Under the pieces are notes generated by a model. It had not been told where the DNA came from and searched no databases. It worked only from the letters and a program-made list of their open reading frames with translations. The position numbers and the translations under genes were made by a program. A stretch of DNA of 64,000 nt from the human T2T-CHM13v2.0 reference genome, Homo sapiens: the NCBI RefSeq assembly GCF_009914755.1, contig NC_060940.1. One strand, written 5' to 3'. The number at the start of each line of letters is the position of its first letter. The stretch's first letter is position 1. Positions 26,230 to 39,809 of the stretch are shown here, piece by piece.

Positions 26230-26430
26230 AATAACTGAACTCAACATTTACTGAGTGCCCATTATGTACCAGGGATAGCATTAGGTGTTTTCTAGGTATA
26301 TAGCATTTAAATCATATGATAATCTGAAGAGGTAGGTGCTATTATTTCCCCCATTTTATGCTTGAGGAACTGCTGCACAGAGAAGTTAAGTTACTTGTCC
26401 CAGGTCACAGAGCAGCAAGCAGAAGAGCTG
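26230..26430 (-). mobile_element. MIR SINE
   Basis: acatttactgagtgcccattatgtacc...agaagttaagttacttgtcccaggtcacagagc. Confidence 0.8.
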
Positions 26431-26435
26431 AAGCC

Positions 26436-26645
26436 ACTGGGGAGCTGGAGGTGGCACTGGACGGCTTATGAGAGCTGATCGGTCAGCCATTCCCATCTTT
26501 TCCCAACTCTGAATGCAATCACATTGGTGCCTTGAAACAGGTCACACTGGTGATATTTACACCACGGGAATCAGCAAATGCCCCAGTAAGAGCTTCCTCC
26601 CCTCTCCCCAGAAAGCCGGTTGTTACACACTGACCAGCACACTAG
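26436..26645 (-). mobile_element. OldhAT1-like hAT DNA transposon
   Basis: tatttacaccacgggaatcagcaaatg...agccggttgttacaca..accagcacact matches the remembered OldhAT1 consensus. Confidence 0.6.
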
Positions 26646-27882
26646 GGCCTGGACCTGCACTGTCTGTTTATAAGCTGGTGTTCCCTGCATTATAGCTTAG
26701 GGAGTCTGGGCATCTTCCCCACTGCCCTCCACACCACAGACAGTGCTGGGTGCTTAGGAATTGAGCTTGTTCATCTGTCCACCCCAAACAACAGGGATTT
26801 ATTTCTGGGCTATTAGGTGAGAGGGAGTTTGGCTGGATGGCTGTAACTTGGATGGGGATAAAACCTCACCTTCCCCTGGCCCAAGTTTCCTTTGGTGCAA
26901 GGCTGTCCCTGTTATTCTTTTGTGAGCCCAGAGCCCCGGGCAGCCACGTCTCCACGTGGATAAGCATCCCCAGGCCTGACCTTGGCCAAGGCCCCTCACC
27001 TCTGCCCCGCTGCCAGGCAGAGCCGAGAACTGCAGACAGAGATCAATTAGAGACTAACTTCATCTTTGTTTCAAAAAAGCCAAGACAAGAAAAGCTGTGG
27101 ATAATGTTAGAAAGAGTAAAAATTAGCCTTTTTCCAAGAGCCCCAGCAGGGTCGGGCCCGGAACGCCTGTCTCGTGAAGTTATTTTGGTTTCTCTGCCTG
27201 GTGGCTTGGAGCAATTTGCTGGGCACCCATCGGCCAGAGAGGCCAAGAGGCTCCTGCCATTGGGAGCTGCCTTTCTACACCGGCGTAATGATGGTTTCCG
27301 GGCAAGAGAGATCAATAGGGGATAAAAATATGTTTCCGTTACATCTGGACGCCCGCTCTGGGCGTCTCGCTGACTCAGAGACGCCCTGCAAGGAGCTGGA
27401 GTAGAAACCACTCAATACAACAGGTTCAGTAAAGCACTGCATAGAAAGGCTGTCTCTGACACCTCCTCAGGGCCTCAGAACCCCCAGATCCGAATGGGGA
27501 GACCACTGAGGAGACATCAGTGCAGGGGTGGACTTGATGTTCCCCACATTCTCACCTCCTGTCCTTGAAGAAGGTCCCTCTCAGCTGTCCACGGAGTCAG
27601 AGCAGTGAGGAAATGACCAGAGGGAGCCGGACGGCACTGCCTGCCCCTGATGCTGCACATTGCAGACCCCGGGGCTAAAGACATAGATTCTTCTGCTTTT
27701 AGGGAGTGCAAGGTCTGTTGAGGAGACAGTGGGAAAAACAGACAAATACCTTACAGAAAGTGAGCCCTGCAAGGACCACCAGAGACTCAAGGGCAGGGCC
27801 CCCGAATCAGCAAAACAAACAAACATCAAACAGACAAATAAATGCATGTAGTAATTTGTTATTACTTAGGTACCAGGCACTT

Positions 27883-28323
27883 TTTAAAAAATCCATTGCT
27901 TTACTTTTTAAAAAAATTTCAATAGGTTTTTGGGGAACAAGTAATGTTTGGTTGCATGAATAAGTTCTTTAGTGGTGATTTCTGAGATTTTGGTGCACCC
28001 ATCACCTGAGCAGTGTACGCTGTACCCAATGTGAAGTTTTTTTTCCCTCATCCCCCTCCCAGTCTTTCTCCCTAGTCCCTAAAGTCCATTATATCATTCT
28101 TTCACCTTTGCAACCTCATAGGTTAGCTCCCACTTATGAGTGAGAACATACGATGTTTCATTTCCCATTCCCGAGTTACTTCACTTAGAATAATGGTCCC
28201 TAATTCCATCCAGGTTGCTGCAAATGCCGTTATTTTCTTCCTTTTTAGGGCTGAGTAGTATTCTATGGTATTTATATATTACAATTTTTTTATCCACTTG
28301 TTGACTGATGGGCATTTAGGCTG
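27883..28323 (-). mobile_element. L1PB1-type 3' end, 5'-truncated, inserted in a MIR
   Basis: tttcaataggtttttggggaac...gtggtgatttctgagattttggtgcacccatcacc; TSD ggtacc(a)ggcactt. Confidence 0.85.
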
Positions 28324-28535
28324 GGTACCGGCACTTGAAATACATCATCTCACTTAATGATTAAAGCAACTCTATGAAGTAATTATTATAATGACCCCAT
28401 TTTACATATGAGGAGACTGAGACACAGAGATCTGCAGTAACATGGCCAACCAAAGCCACCTTATCATAAGCCGTGGAACCAGCATCAGCCTTTCTGCCTC
28501 CCGGAGCTGCAGTCTTAACCTTTACACCCCAGACC

Positions 28536-28739
28536 AAGGATTGACAAACTTTTTAATAAAGGACCAGATGGTAAATATTTCAAGCTTTGCAGGCTACATG
28601 GTCTCTGCTGTTGTGGCACCAAGGCAGCCATAGACAATACGTTAATGAATAGGCATGGCTCTGTTTCAATAAAAACTTTATTTACAAAAGCAAATGGCTG
28701 GCTGGATTTGGCCTACGGGCTGTAGTTCACCAACCCCTA
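28536..28739 (+). mobile_element. MER58A (hAT-Charlie)
   Basis: aaaggaccagatggtaaatattt...gcagccatagacaatacg...aataaaaactttatttacaaaa...ccaacccct. Confidence 0.85.
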
Positions 28740-28838
28740 CTCTAGTGCACTAAGATATATTTTATTATGAAGATATATTGAAGGAATTCAATTTCTGGAG
28801 CTTGGAAGTCTCTTTGGTAATTGTGCCTTATTCAAAAG

Positions 28839-29370
28839 CAGTACTGGCTAGTAAAAATATACATGCAAGGCACATACATAATTTAATAATTTTAGTAATT
28901 ACATTAGAAAGGAAAAAAGAAACAGGTAAAATTAATTTAATTTAATTTATTTGTTTTAATTTTTTTGGAGATGGAGTCTTGCTCTGTTGCCCAGGCTGGA
29001 GTGCAGTGGTCCAATCTCAGCTCCCGGTGCAACCTCCGCCCCCTGGGTTCAAGTGATTCTCCTGCCTCAGCCTCCTGAGTAACTGGGACTACAGGCACAC
29101 ACCATCATGCCCGGCTAAATAATTGTAATACTGTATTTTAATAAATAATTTTACTATTGTATTTGATTTAACCAAATAGCTCAGAATTATTATGGTTTCA
29201 ACAGGTAATCAATATAATACATTATTAAAGAGATTTTTTACATTGTTTTATACCAAATATTGAAAATGCCATGTATATTTCTCCTCACAATACATCTCAG
29301 TCCAGACTTGCCTTATTTCAGGTACTCAATAGCCACACATGGCTAGCAGATACCTTATTGGACAGTTCAC
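28839..29370. mobile_element. MER33 interrupted by an antisense Alu right monomer (28950-29118)
   Basis: aaacaggtaaaattaattt ... tactcaatagccacacatggctagcagataccttattggaca. Confidence 0.75.
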
Positions 29371-29479
29371 TATTAAGTAAAAATAAGGTATTTTGCTGGA
29401 ATAAGATGAAATCTCTGTATAAGATAAAATATAAGAACAACAGAAATGAGAAAGAAATTCTTGGGTGAGTCAGAGTCTC

Positions 29480-29987
29480 TTCTTAGGTGAGTCAGGGTCT
29501 CCAGAGAAACAGAATCAATAGGGTATATATGTACATGGAAAGATATTATTATAAGGAATTGGTCCACACAATTAGGGAGGCTGAGAAGTCTAAAGGTCTT
29601 TAATTGGCAACCTGGGGTCCCAGGAGAGCCATGGAGTAGTTTCAGTCTGAGTCCCAAGGCCTGAGAACCAGGACAGCCAGTGTTTCAGTTCAAATCCAAA
29701 GGTGGGAAAAAAAGAAGCAATGTTCTAGGTTGAAGGCAGTCAGGCAGGAGGAGTTTCCTTTTACTTTCAGGAAGGTCAGCCCTTTCGTTGTATTCAAGCC
29801 TTCACCTGATTGGATGAGGCCCATCTGTATTAGAAAGGGCACTCTGCTCTATTCAGTGAACAGATCAAATGTTAAGCTCATCCAAAAACACCTTCACAGA
29901 CATACCTGAAGTAATAACGGTAATATTGATCAACTATCTGGGCACTCGATGACCCAGTCAAATTAATGCTTAATATTAACCATCACA
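29480..29987 (-). mobile_element. MLT2B-type ERVL solo LTR
   Basis: gtcagggtctccagagaaacagaatcaatagg ... gattggatgaggccca ... attaaccatcaca. Confidence 0.85.
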
Positions 29988-30067
29988 GTCAGGGAAGGCT
30001 CCCTGGAGGAAGAGTCACCCTAATTAAAACCTGGAAGCAGAAATGTTCACCATCCAAAGAGGTGTTG

Positions 30068-30490
30068 ATCTCACTGTGTTGCCCAGGCTGGTCTTGAACT
30101 CCTAGCCCAAGTGATCCTCCTTCCTTGGCTTCCCAAAGTGCTGGGATTACTGGAATAAGCCACTGTGTGAAGCCAAAATCTGACTTTTTCTTTTTTCTCT
30201 TTTTTTGAGACAGGGTCTCGCTCTGTTGTCCAGGCTGGAGTGCAGTGGTATAATCTCAGCTCACTGCAACCTCCGCTTCCTGTGTTCAAGTGATTCTCGT
30301 GCCTCAGCCTGTTGAGTAGCTGTAATTACAGACATGTGCCTCCACATCCGGCTAATTTTTTTGTATTTTTTGTAGAGATGGGGTCTTGCCATGTTGGCCA
30401 GGCTGGTCTTGAATTCCTGGCTTCAAGTGATCCTCCTATCTCAGCCTCCCAAAATGTTGGGATTACAGGCATGAGCCACCGTGCCTGGCC
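30068..30490 (-). mobile_element. Alu left-arm fragment (30068-30175) plus full-length Alu (30185-30490)
   Basis: Two antisense Alu sequences. Confidence 0.92.
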
Positions 30491-31953
30491 GAGAATATGC
30501 CTTTTAACAAGAATCCGAGTGTATGCACTTCGGAGTTTGTGAACCTACATGGCTTAGGTTGTGGTTCCATCAGAAGGCTCTGAGCTGACTGCTCTTTACC
30601 ACCTTCTCAATCCTGCCTCATGCCACGGCACTGTTGCTCCCTGAACCACCCTCTGCTTCCTGGTTTTTCTGCCCAGAGTTCTCAGAAGATTCTTTCTGTT
30701 GCTGCCACCAATAAGGCAAATTAAACAGATGCCCCAGACCCCATTTCTCGTTCCTTTGGTATTTTAAATATTCTCTATTTGGATCTCCTAGAGCAGTTTC
30801 AAATCTGTGCTTTTCTGTCCCAGGGCAAAAAATGATAATGTTTCATGCTGCTCGGGATGGCAGGTTTTTGCAGTGAGTGCTAAACAAGTGAAGACTGAGA
30901 GCCCACTGGTTGGACTTCAGAGGCACCCACCGTGGGTCCTGCCCATGGGGTGCACAGGCGCAAATGCGGGAGGAGGCATCGTACACAAGGGAGTGAAATT
31001 TTCTTCACAGAGTAAAGCATTTGATTGGTTTCAGTCCCTGGCAAGTTCCAAGGCTGCCTGACCTGCATTTGTCATCCTGTTCATTTTATTCCTATCCAAG
31101 GTGGGCTATTAAGCGCCCCAGATTGCTTCTGGGCAGGAGAGAGTCAGCTTTTGTTGCAGAATTCGAGGAGCATCCTCAGGTTCCTGGTTCAACATAAGAC
31201 AGCAGTTCCAAGCACAGACTAAGCAACTTTCCAGCACAACTCTAGCACTTGCTAAAGATTTCTAAGGTTTATGATTTAAACTTCCTTTGTTTTTGTCTTC
31301 AATATCATTGCTCCATAGTCTAGTCTGCTTATAGCAGGAGTCCCAGAAAGATACTTAAAGGATGACTGAAGAGTGATTACACCAGTGATACACACCAGTG
31401 CGTTTTCTGAGTCCTGAGGCGTTTCTGGGAATTGTATAGGGAGTACTCCCAGAGAGTCTCATTGAATGTGATAATTATCATTAATTGACTGGATTTTATT
31501 TCACTGACACCAAAATTATTTTACATCTTACTTTTCCATTTTAAGATTTATTCTCCTTCAGGATAATATTCTAGGTAAAAAGAAAGAAATTGTTACTGTG
31601 ATATTCCACAGCTAGATTTCCTGTTCAGATCTAGGGAATAAGCTTTGGCTGCACAAAAGAGCCAGTTATATAATAATAATAGTAATAATATTAATAGTGC
31701 ACCTTTATTGAGCACCTACAATATGGCACCACAGTAAGCACTTCACAGGTATTAACCCACATTTTCCCCAGGACAGCCTATTGGTTGATTTTCTATCACA
31801 CCCATTTTACAGATGAGAAAAATGAGGCATGGCAAGGTTAAGGGATTTATCCAAAGCCATGCAATCTGACAGTGGCAAATCCAAGATTTAGATTTAGAAG
31901 CAACTGATTCTGATGACCCTGTTCTTTATGATCCTGCTGTTCAATAATTTGTA

Positions 31954-32250
31954 CTTTTTTTTTTTTTTGAGATGGAGTCTCACTCTATCACCCAGGCTGA
32001 AGTGCAGTGGTGTGATCTCAGCTCACTGTAGCCTCCGCCTCCTGGGTTCAAGCAATTTTCTGGCCTCAGTCTCTGGAGGAGCTGGGATTACAGGTGCATG
32101 CCACCATGCCTGGCTAATTTTTTGTATTTTTAGTAGACTCAAGATTTCACCATGTTGGCCAGGCTGGTCTCGAACTCCTGACCTCAGGCAATCCTCCTGT
32201 CTCGGCCTCCCAAAGTGCTGGGATTACAGCATGAGCCACCATGCCTGGCT
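31954..32250 (-). mobile_element. AluS element
   Basis: Full-length; TSD ATTTGTAC. Confidence 0.95.
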
Positions 32251-32281
32251 GATTTGTACAATTTTACTTGATCCTCACAAC

Positions 32282-32627
<346 letters not shown>

Positions 32628-32899
32628 TGACTGGCATTTTACAGATGGAGTAACTGAAATTCCAAGAAGTTATATGAGCTTGGAAAGAGCAGGATTAAGT
32701 CACTGACCCAGATCTTCTAGATTCAGATCCTCTGTTCTTGCCATTTTCTCGGGGGGTAGTGAGCTCAGGGCTGGGCAGGAAACACAAACAAGTGACACGG
32801 GCTGTGGAGGGAGACTGGGGGCACACACTGTTGGAGGAAGCAGCCCCCACAATGCTCCAGCCATGGTGCAGGGCCCACTCTGAGCCTTATCTTCTGATT

Positions 32900-33218
32900 T
32901 TCTTTTTTTTTTTTTTTTTTTTAGAGACAGGGTCTTGCTCTGTTGCCCAGGCTGGAGTGCAGTAGCATGATCATGGCTCATTGCATCCTTGAACTCCTGG
33001 GCTCAAGTGATCCTTCTGCCTCAGCCTTGTTAGTACCTAGGATTACAGGCATGCATCCCCACACCCAGCAATTTCTTTTTTCTTTCTTTTTTTTTTTTTT
33101 TGCAGACACAGGGTCTCACTATGTTGCCCAAGCTGGTCTTGAACTCCTGGCCTCAAACAATCCTCCACCTTGACCTCCTAAAGCGCTGGGGTTGCAGGTG
33201 TGAGCCACTTGACCTGGC
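32900..33218 (-). mobile_element. AluJ element
   Basis: AluJ diagnostics (gatcatggctca, gaactcctgggctcaag); TSD TGATTTTCT. Confidence 0.92.
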
Positions 33219-35039
33219 TGATTTTCTAAGAGAAACTGGGAGTTCAGGTTTTTTATGTAAAATTTCCCCATTTGGAAATATTGCAACTAACTGACAGTTT
33301 TGAAAAGAAAACATTCCATGTCTCCAGCAAATCTGTTTGTGTGGATTGTAGGCAGCCCACTGACAGACCTTGTATAACCAGTGCTCTCTCCGTACCTGAA
33401 ATGGCTTCTGATACAGGGAAAATTGCCTTTTCCCTGTTCTCTGAATAAAGCTGGATCCTCAAAACTCAGGAATGGGTAAACGTTTCTGTACTCAGGTATG
33501 TGCCCTGCATTGAAGTTTTTTCTCCAAAGACATTGTTAACCCTTTGCCATTATGGCTCATGTCTCGTTCTGCCATCCTAACCCAGGTCCCATTGGTTGTT
33601 AAAGTATTAAAATACATTCAACCACTTGGCAAATAGCTGCTATCTGGACCCCCTTGAGTACTTTCCCATCCTGAGGCCCCAGGCCCTCTTTAGAACCCTC
33701 AGATTTCCCACAATTGAGCATGAAAAGGGGAAAGTCTGACCCAACATGGGCCACACAGATCACGCTCCAGAAAGCCTGCCGGGGCCTGTGCAAAGCACTC
33801 ACTGAATATTGGGAATATCACTCCGATCCTATCACTCAAGGACCATTTTCCCTCAGCTGGCTCCTTTCTAAGGTATTTAAGATCAGCCTTTCTCTGGTCT
33901 CCCCAGCTCACCTCCGCCACCCCACCAGCCACTTACCTGCTTTTTTCTGCAGACTGGGCCAGAGCAAGGGCCCACATCTGCCCAGCTCAGCCTGTTTTCA
34001 CTGCCTCTTACCTGTGGGAGAAGTAGGAGGTGGGATTTTCATTCTGGAGGAGAGATTGTTCTCTGAGGCCTCTGTGCATTTGTTGAGATCTTTCTCTGGG
34101 CAGAAAGCTGGGGACCCCTAAGGCAAAGTGCTCATTTTCAGGGAAATGGCAGGTGTGTGGGGATAGGGGAATTGGTTTCTCCAAATCCACACAGCATAAG
34201 GCGTGGGGTGGGGAGAGCTCCTTATCAGGAGAAATCATCCCTCCTTGCAATCAGGAAGGGGCACAAAGAGCTTCAACTCTATCTTATAAGCCAGGAGTTG
34301 TTCATTTCTCTTACTCTTCCTTTTGTGTCTGAAATATTTCATCCTCATTTGGACAAATTGGAAAAAATGACGTAGATGGGAAAATCTCTCTCGGCACCTT
34401 CATTCCCTTAGGGAGATACTCTGACGCTCACACTCCCAGGAACGGGATTCAGGAAAATCAGTTTTGAAGCCATATGTTTCCTGGCATGACACAGACCAAG
34501 GGGGACGGGAGAGGGAAGGCAACTGTGTCAGGTGGCTGCAATTTATCTTCTAGCTGGGACACTCCCCGAGAATCAAGGAATCAGATGTAATTTACTTATT
34601 CATTATGCCCACTATTTATTGTCCATTGCCTCCTGGTGAAATATAGAATTCACAAGGACAAGGATGAGTATCTGTTTTGTTTACCGCAAATGCCTAGAAT
34701 AGCATCAACCACATAGCAGGCATTCAACCAATATTTAAGCAAATATATCCTTAGAGCCATGTGAGTTTAGCCCATCAACTTCTTCTTTGTGCAGAAGTGG
34801 AAACTGAGGTCCGGAGAGGAGAAGGGATTTATCTGTAGCCTCACAGCCAGTTAATGACAGAGCCTAGGTCTGCAGGGTCTGTTCCCGATAGAATATCAGT
34901 GAAGGCTTTCGTTACAGCCCTCACAGCCTTTGCCATCTACCCCGTGTGCTCAAGTATTTGTTGTAACATTGGCCATCCTATTGGTATCTTCCAGGGTTCC
35001 ATTTATTCTAGTTTTGTCCTGCAGGAAACTGCTGCTTCC

Positions 35040-35216
35040 TGGCAAAGGGAACAAGGGGATCTACTGAGGGGTTGAGGTGCTCCATGTCTTGGTCTGGAAG
35101 GTAGGTACACAGGTGTGTTCTCTTTGTGAAAATTCTTGGAGCTGTATGCTTCTGCTATGTTCCCATTTTTGTTTGTATGTTGTACCCCAATGCAAACATC
35201 TGCTATAAAAAAAAAC
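35040..35216 (+). mobile_element. L1ME-type 3' end
   Basis: tacacaggtgtgttctctttgtgaaaattc...tgtatgttgtac, followed by an A tail. Confidence 0.6.
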
Positions 35217-35302
35217 CCAGCACATATACACGCACGCACACACAAACAGCCAAAGACATCATAGGTGCTTTGAGAGGTGGTGGTAGTAATACTGAAAATA
35301 TT

Positions 35303-35398
35303 GCCAGGTGCAGTGGCTCATGTCTGGAATCTCATTTTGGGAGGCTGAAGTGGGAGGATCACTTGAGGCCAGGAGTATGAGACCAGCCGGGGCAACAG
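35303..35398 (+). mobile_element. Alu left-arm fragment
   Basis: gccaggtgcagtggctcatg...gaggccaggagtatgagaccagcc. Confidence 0.85.
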
Positions 35399-35689
35399 AG
35401 GTTATGTGACTTTTCCAAGGTCATACGTGAGGACATACAGAGTCACGGCTTGGACGCAGGCCGGCTGCCACCAGAATCTGCTTGCCCCATTCACACTGTG
35501 ACGATGCTATGGTGCTTTTTACCTAAGGGCTAAAGAAAGTGAAACCATGGATGTTTCAGATCCATTACCAACAATCACAGAAGGCTTCCTGGAGGAGGAG
35601 AGATCAGCTAATTCCTGAGATAAGTGATGTGCTGAAGAAAGGAAAGGATGGACTCAGCTCTTCGTGTGCAGCTTTGATACACTCATTAC

Positions 35690-35920
35690 TTACCCTGTGA
35701 GTAGGCACAGGGCTGGGCACTTTCCCATAGTTTATTTTAATTTTCTGTGTATGGCACTGTGAAGTGGAGAGTGTTTATCCCCATTGCACAGATGGGGAAA
35801 CTGAGGGAGCCCCAAAGCACTGACATGCCTTGCCCAAGGTTACCTGACTGGTGAGGAGCAGAGCTGAAATTCCAACCTCTGCCTGCTGACACTCAGGCAA
35901 GCCCTCGTCCACACCACATT
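35690..35920 (-). mobile_element. MIR SINE
   Basis: ccccattgcacagatggggaaactgagg...ttgcccaaggttacc. Confidence 0.8.
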
Positions 35921-37289
35921 CTTCTCTGTGGCATTTTCCCACTCTTCTGACCAACACTGGTGAAATTTCTGCAACCTCAAACAAGTAAGTGGCTGAAGTT
36001 TTGGGGGCTCAGTTCACTTCCCACTACAGTGAGTCTATTGGACCAGGTGGTCTCCTGAAGGGAAAGCCCCGCCTCTTCCAAGGACCAGATAATCCCCAAA
36101 CATCCTCCTGGTCTGTCCAAGTGGCTTTCATAAACTCTGTGGGACTCACTGCCCCTTTCCTTCCACAACTGTCAGAAGCTTAGACCATGGCTCTTTTAGG
36201 AATTACCTTCCCCAGCTGGGCAACAAGCCCCGTCTTTGCCCATACAGACCCATGCCCCAAGGCGAGGAAGGGACCGCTTCTCCCAAAAGCCTTCTGCCAC
36301 CCTCTGCTTGCCAAGAACCCCCTAGACCTTGACCTGCCCACCTCAGGCTCCTGGGGACTCCAAACCCTTAACTGTGTTTCTTTAAACTGATCATCAATTT
36401 CCCCTTTATGAAAATTAAGGCTGGATAGGAAATGCCTTGAAAAATACAAGGTGAGGCAAATGGCTTTTTGAGATCAATTCCAAGCACACACAGGTTTGGG
36501 GCGGACTTCATTTGATTCCCTCTCCAAACCTGGGTCAGGGAGCCAGAAAATAGCAGGAGCCGAGGATCAGGCAGGAGAGTAATCGCATCCCCCGTGGCTG
36601 CCCAGGAAGCGACATTCAGGGGTCCCCCCTGCCATCTCTCCTCATACACCCCCTTCTCCTTCCACACGACTCTCCTCAAAGGTATTTCCACTTAATTTTG
36701 TTTAGAAATTTGAAAAGCAAGTGAAAGTGCAGCATGATTATAGACTTTATTTAAAGGTTTGATTTAGGTTTCTCTCTGTTCTTATATCAAAGATAAAGTA
36801 GAAGTGGTGGTATCATGTTCAGGTAATGAGATTTTATATTAAAAAGAATAAATTAAGCTCATAAAGCCATCGGTGGAAGGGCCAGGTGGGGCTGATGCAC
36901 TCACAGAGGGAACCTATGCATTTATGTAATGAGAACCCTCATCAGGTTTGGGCTGGACTTTTAAGTCAAGGGCAGCCTTTTTCCTGCCTTGTTTTTGCAA
37001 TTATCCCCATAGGCCCTCAGGGATAAGATTCCAGGGTCCCAGGAGTCAGAAACCACTGTGCAAACCCTCCCTTTACCACTTATTAGCTGTGTGACTGTGG
37101 ACAAGTGGCTCAACCTCTCTGATCCTATCTTTTCTCTCCTCTAAAAGGGAGGTCATATTAGTATCCACCCAGACCTATTGTAGCAATTGTAGGGGACAGT
37201 TCGTGTGATGTATATATAGTCAAGCACTCAAAGAATGTTAACCATGATAACTTTCTGAGTAACAGTTTTCTTATCTGACAAATGGGGAT

Positions 37290-37860
37290 ATTGCTATTCA
37301 TTTAAGAGAGATGTCATTATGAGTAAGTGAAATAAGAATAAAGGTCTTTGTACAAAAAAGCCTATAATGATTATACCCTTACTTATATAGTAATTACTGT
37401 TAATTCCAGCCAGGCCCTGGGAAGAATCACTCTCCCCATGTTTGTCAAGAAGGGCTACATCTCCTGCCCAACACGCTGCACAGATGGAGGCTGGTGAAAA
37501 TAGAAATTCCAACCTTCCTTCTGCCCTCTCCCCACTCCATGCCCTCCCCCCTTCCTTCCTTGTGAGCAATAAAACAAAATACAAAGAACAGGAATCAAAT
37601 AAAGACTCTGCAACCGAGCCGTCTGTGGTCATTTTAAAACAGATCCTTTTTGAAAAGCTGGGTGACATTTTCCTTTAACGCCTGATTTTTTTTTAATGCC
37701 GGCTGCATTTTTTAAGCACCCAACCGGCTTGTAACTAGCCGAGGCAGTACAGTAGCTGCGCCGACTGTACCATTTGATCATTAATTTATCACAGTTCTAG
37801 CAGTTTGTCTGACAGGTGATAGCACTTTCATCTAATGAGCCCACAGCCAGGGTGGGGGCG
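37290..37860. promoter_or_regulatory. Candidate conserved enhancer
   Basis: No recognisable repeat; GCAATAAAA, TGATCATTAATTTAT, TGACAGGTG; locally retained CpGs. Confidence 0.35.
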
Positions 37861-38074
37861 CGGGTGCCCAGTCTGGCCAGCCTGCAGGGTAATGGCCACG
37901 CACATGCTCTCTACTGGACTGTTTTCATTCCAGGGACCATCCAAGGCCCAGAAAATGGCTCTCCAATGGGCTGGGGTCCTGCCACAGTAGATGAGGCCGA
38001 GAAGGCCCCCCAGTGGGCCAAGGATAAGAGAAAACTGTGGATGAAACTCCAGCCTGGGCCAGTGAGATTCACTG

Positions 38075-38420
38075 CATTACTCAGGATAGACTTGGTTATG
38101 CTGCAGTAATAAATCAATCCCCATCCCTGAATATCTGACGCTTCCAGAAACAAAGTTGAATTTTCCCTTACGCAGCATGTCCCGTGCTCTAGGGATGTGT
38201 CTATTTAACAGAGCTATCCTAGGGCCCTCTCACGGAGGTGCCACCTCCTCGAGGTAGAGAGGAAAGCATGGTGCACCAGGGGCTATCTCAAAATTTCTGT
38301 CACATTTCATTGGCCAAAGCTACTCACATGGCCATGCACAAGTTCAACTGGGCAAAGCAGCGTCATCCCACCATGTGCCCCTAAACAAGAAAACCTATGT
38401 CTGCCAACAGCCCGGATGGC
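38075..38420 (-). mobile_element. MLT1 (K-type) LTR fragment
   Basis: ggttatgctgcagtaataaa ... cacatttcattggccaaagctactcacatggcc. Confidence 0.65.
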
Positions 38421-38549
38421 TATCGTTGTCATAAATTCTGCTCATGGATCAGAATCGTGGATCACTGGATCAATCCACTTTTCTCCATTCTCTGCCTTTA
38501 CTGTCATCCAAGCTGCCATCACCTTACCCTGATGACCTGTTCTCCCTAC

Positions 38550-39038
38550 CAGGGCCACTCTTAGACCTGTTCTGGGACCTGGGCAATAGTGGACCTTGTG
38601 CTTTTGAGTTACTTTCTTGACAATTTCTTAGTCTAAGTCCTCTTAGTGCCTGGGACCAGCAAGGGCCAGTAGTGGCCCAGGACATCCTGAATCCAGATAG
38701 GAACTTGGATACCTATCTCCATTTCTCTCCCTTGAGGTGCTCTCTAACTCTGCCCTTGCCCATCGCTCACTGGGGTAGAACAGATGTCCCACAGAACTTC
38801 AAGACTCATGCCTATGGGGTCGTGCTAGGGCTCATGGTGTGGCAACAGTTCCAAGAGGGTGGCTTGGCAAACAGATCACTCATGCTGGCCACTGCGGTAT
38901 TTCTTTCACAGGAGCCTGTGAGTTTGGGCTGCTTGAAAGGTGCTGACTCATCGATTTGGAGTGACTCAAATTGTTTATCTAGACAGGGGCCCTGAAAGAA
39001 TATTTGCTTAGGATCCCATGTACCTAGGGGTGACCCTG
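38550..39038. mobile_element. hAT-Tip100-type non-autonomous DNA transposon (MER115/MER45 group) inside an L2
   Basis: Terminal inverted repeats CAGGGCCACTCTTAG and reverse-complement CAGGGTCACCCCTAG (12/15). Confidence 0.55.
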
Positions 39039-39189
39039 CTTCTTTTTTCTGCTTTTGCCCTATTTAGATCTATTCTCCACCCAGCAGCAGAAAAAACTTC
39101 AAAACTCCTCCTGTGGATTCTCAACACGCTGGGAAGAAACTTCTAACACCTCACGATGGTCTATGAGGCTGTTTCACACTGATCCTCAC

Positions 39190-39335
39190 CCCAGTGCTCT
39201 ATAGGGTCAATTGGGGACCTTTTGATACATGCTATAGTCTGGGTCCCACCCTAGACCAATTACATCAGAATCTCCAGGGATGGGACTGGAATGAGCAGGT
39301 GATTCTAACACATGGTACAGGGTGAGAACTGTGGC
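39190..39335. mobile_element. MER5 (hAT-Charlie)
   Basis: tgggtcccaccctagaccaattacatcagaatctccaggg...caggtgattctaa. Confidence 0.75.
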
Positions 39336-39399
39336 CTCTGTAACCCGGCTTCTATTTATCTCTCATCTGATAACCATCGCTGCCTCATTTCTCATCCTT

Positions 39400-39800
39400 T
39401 TCTGCCCTTCCTCCATTTCCTCCAAAGTGCCAAGTTCTCCCCAATGCCGGAGGACACTTGCACTTTCCGTTCCCTCTGCCTGGAATATTGTCCTCTCCCA
39501 GATGTTGCCAAAAAGTTTTCCTGCTGTTCAGCTCTCGGCTCAAATGTTAATTTCATGAAAATGCTTTCTTGACCTTCTGATATAGCCTCGCCCCTCCCCA
39601 CCCCATCCCATCATTTTCAAAGATGGACTTAATATCTCATCTTTTATTTATTACTTGGCGTTGTTTATTCTATCTTGCATGTTTTCCTCCACTAGAATAC
39701 ATTTCATGAGGGCAGGTGCTTTGTTAGCTTTGTTCATCCCATATTTTCATTTTCAATGCCTGACATCTTGCTCAATAAATAGTTACTAAGTGAGTCAATG
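39400..39800 (+). mobile_element. L2 3' fragment
   Basis: ttccctctgcctggaat...ctcaaatg...ccactagaatac...catgagggcagg...ctcaataaatag. Confidence 0.75.
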
Positions 39801-39809
39801 TCAAAACTA

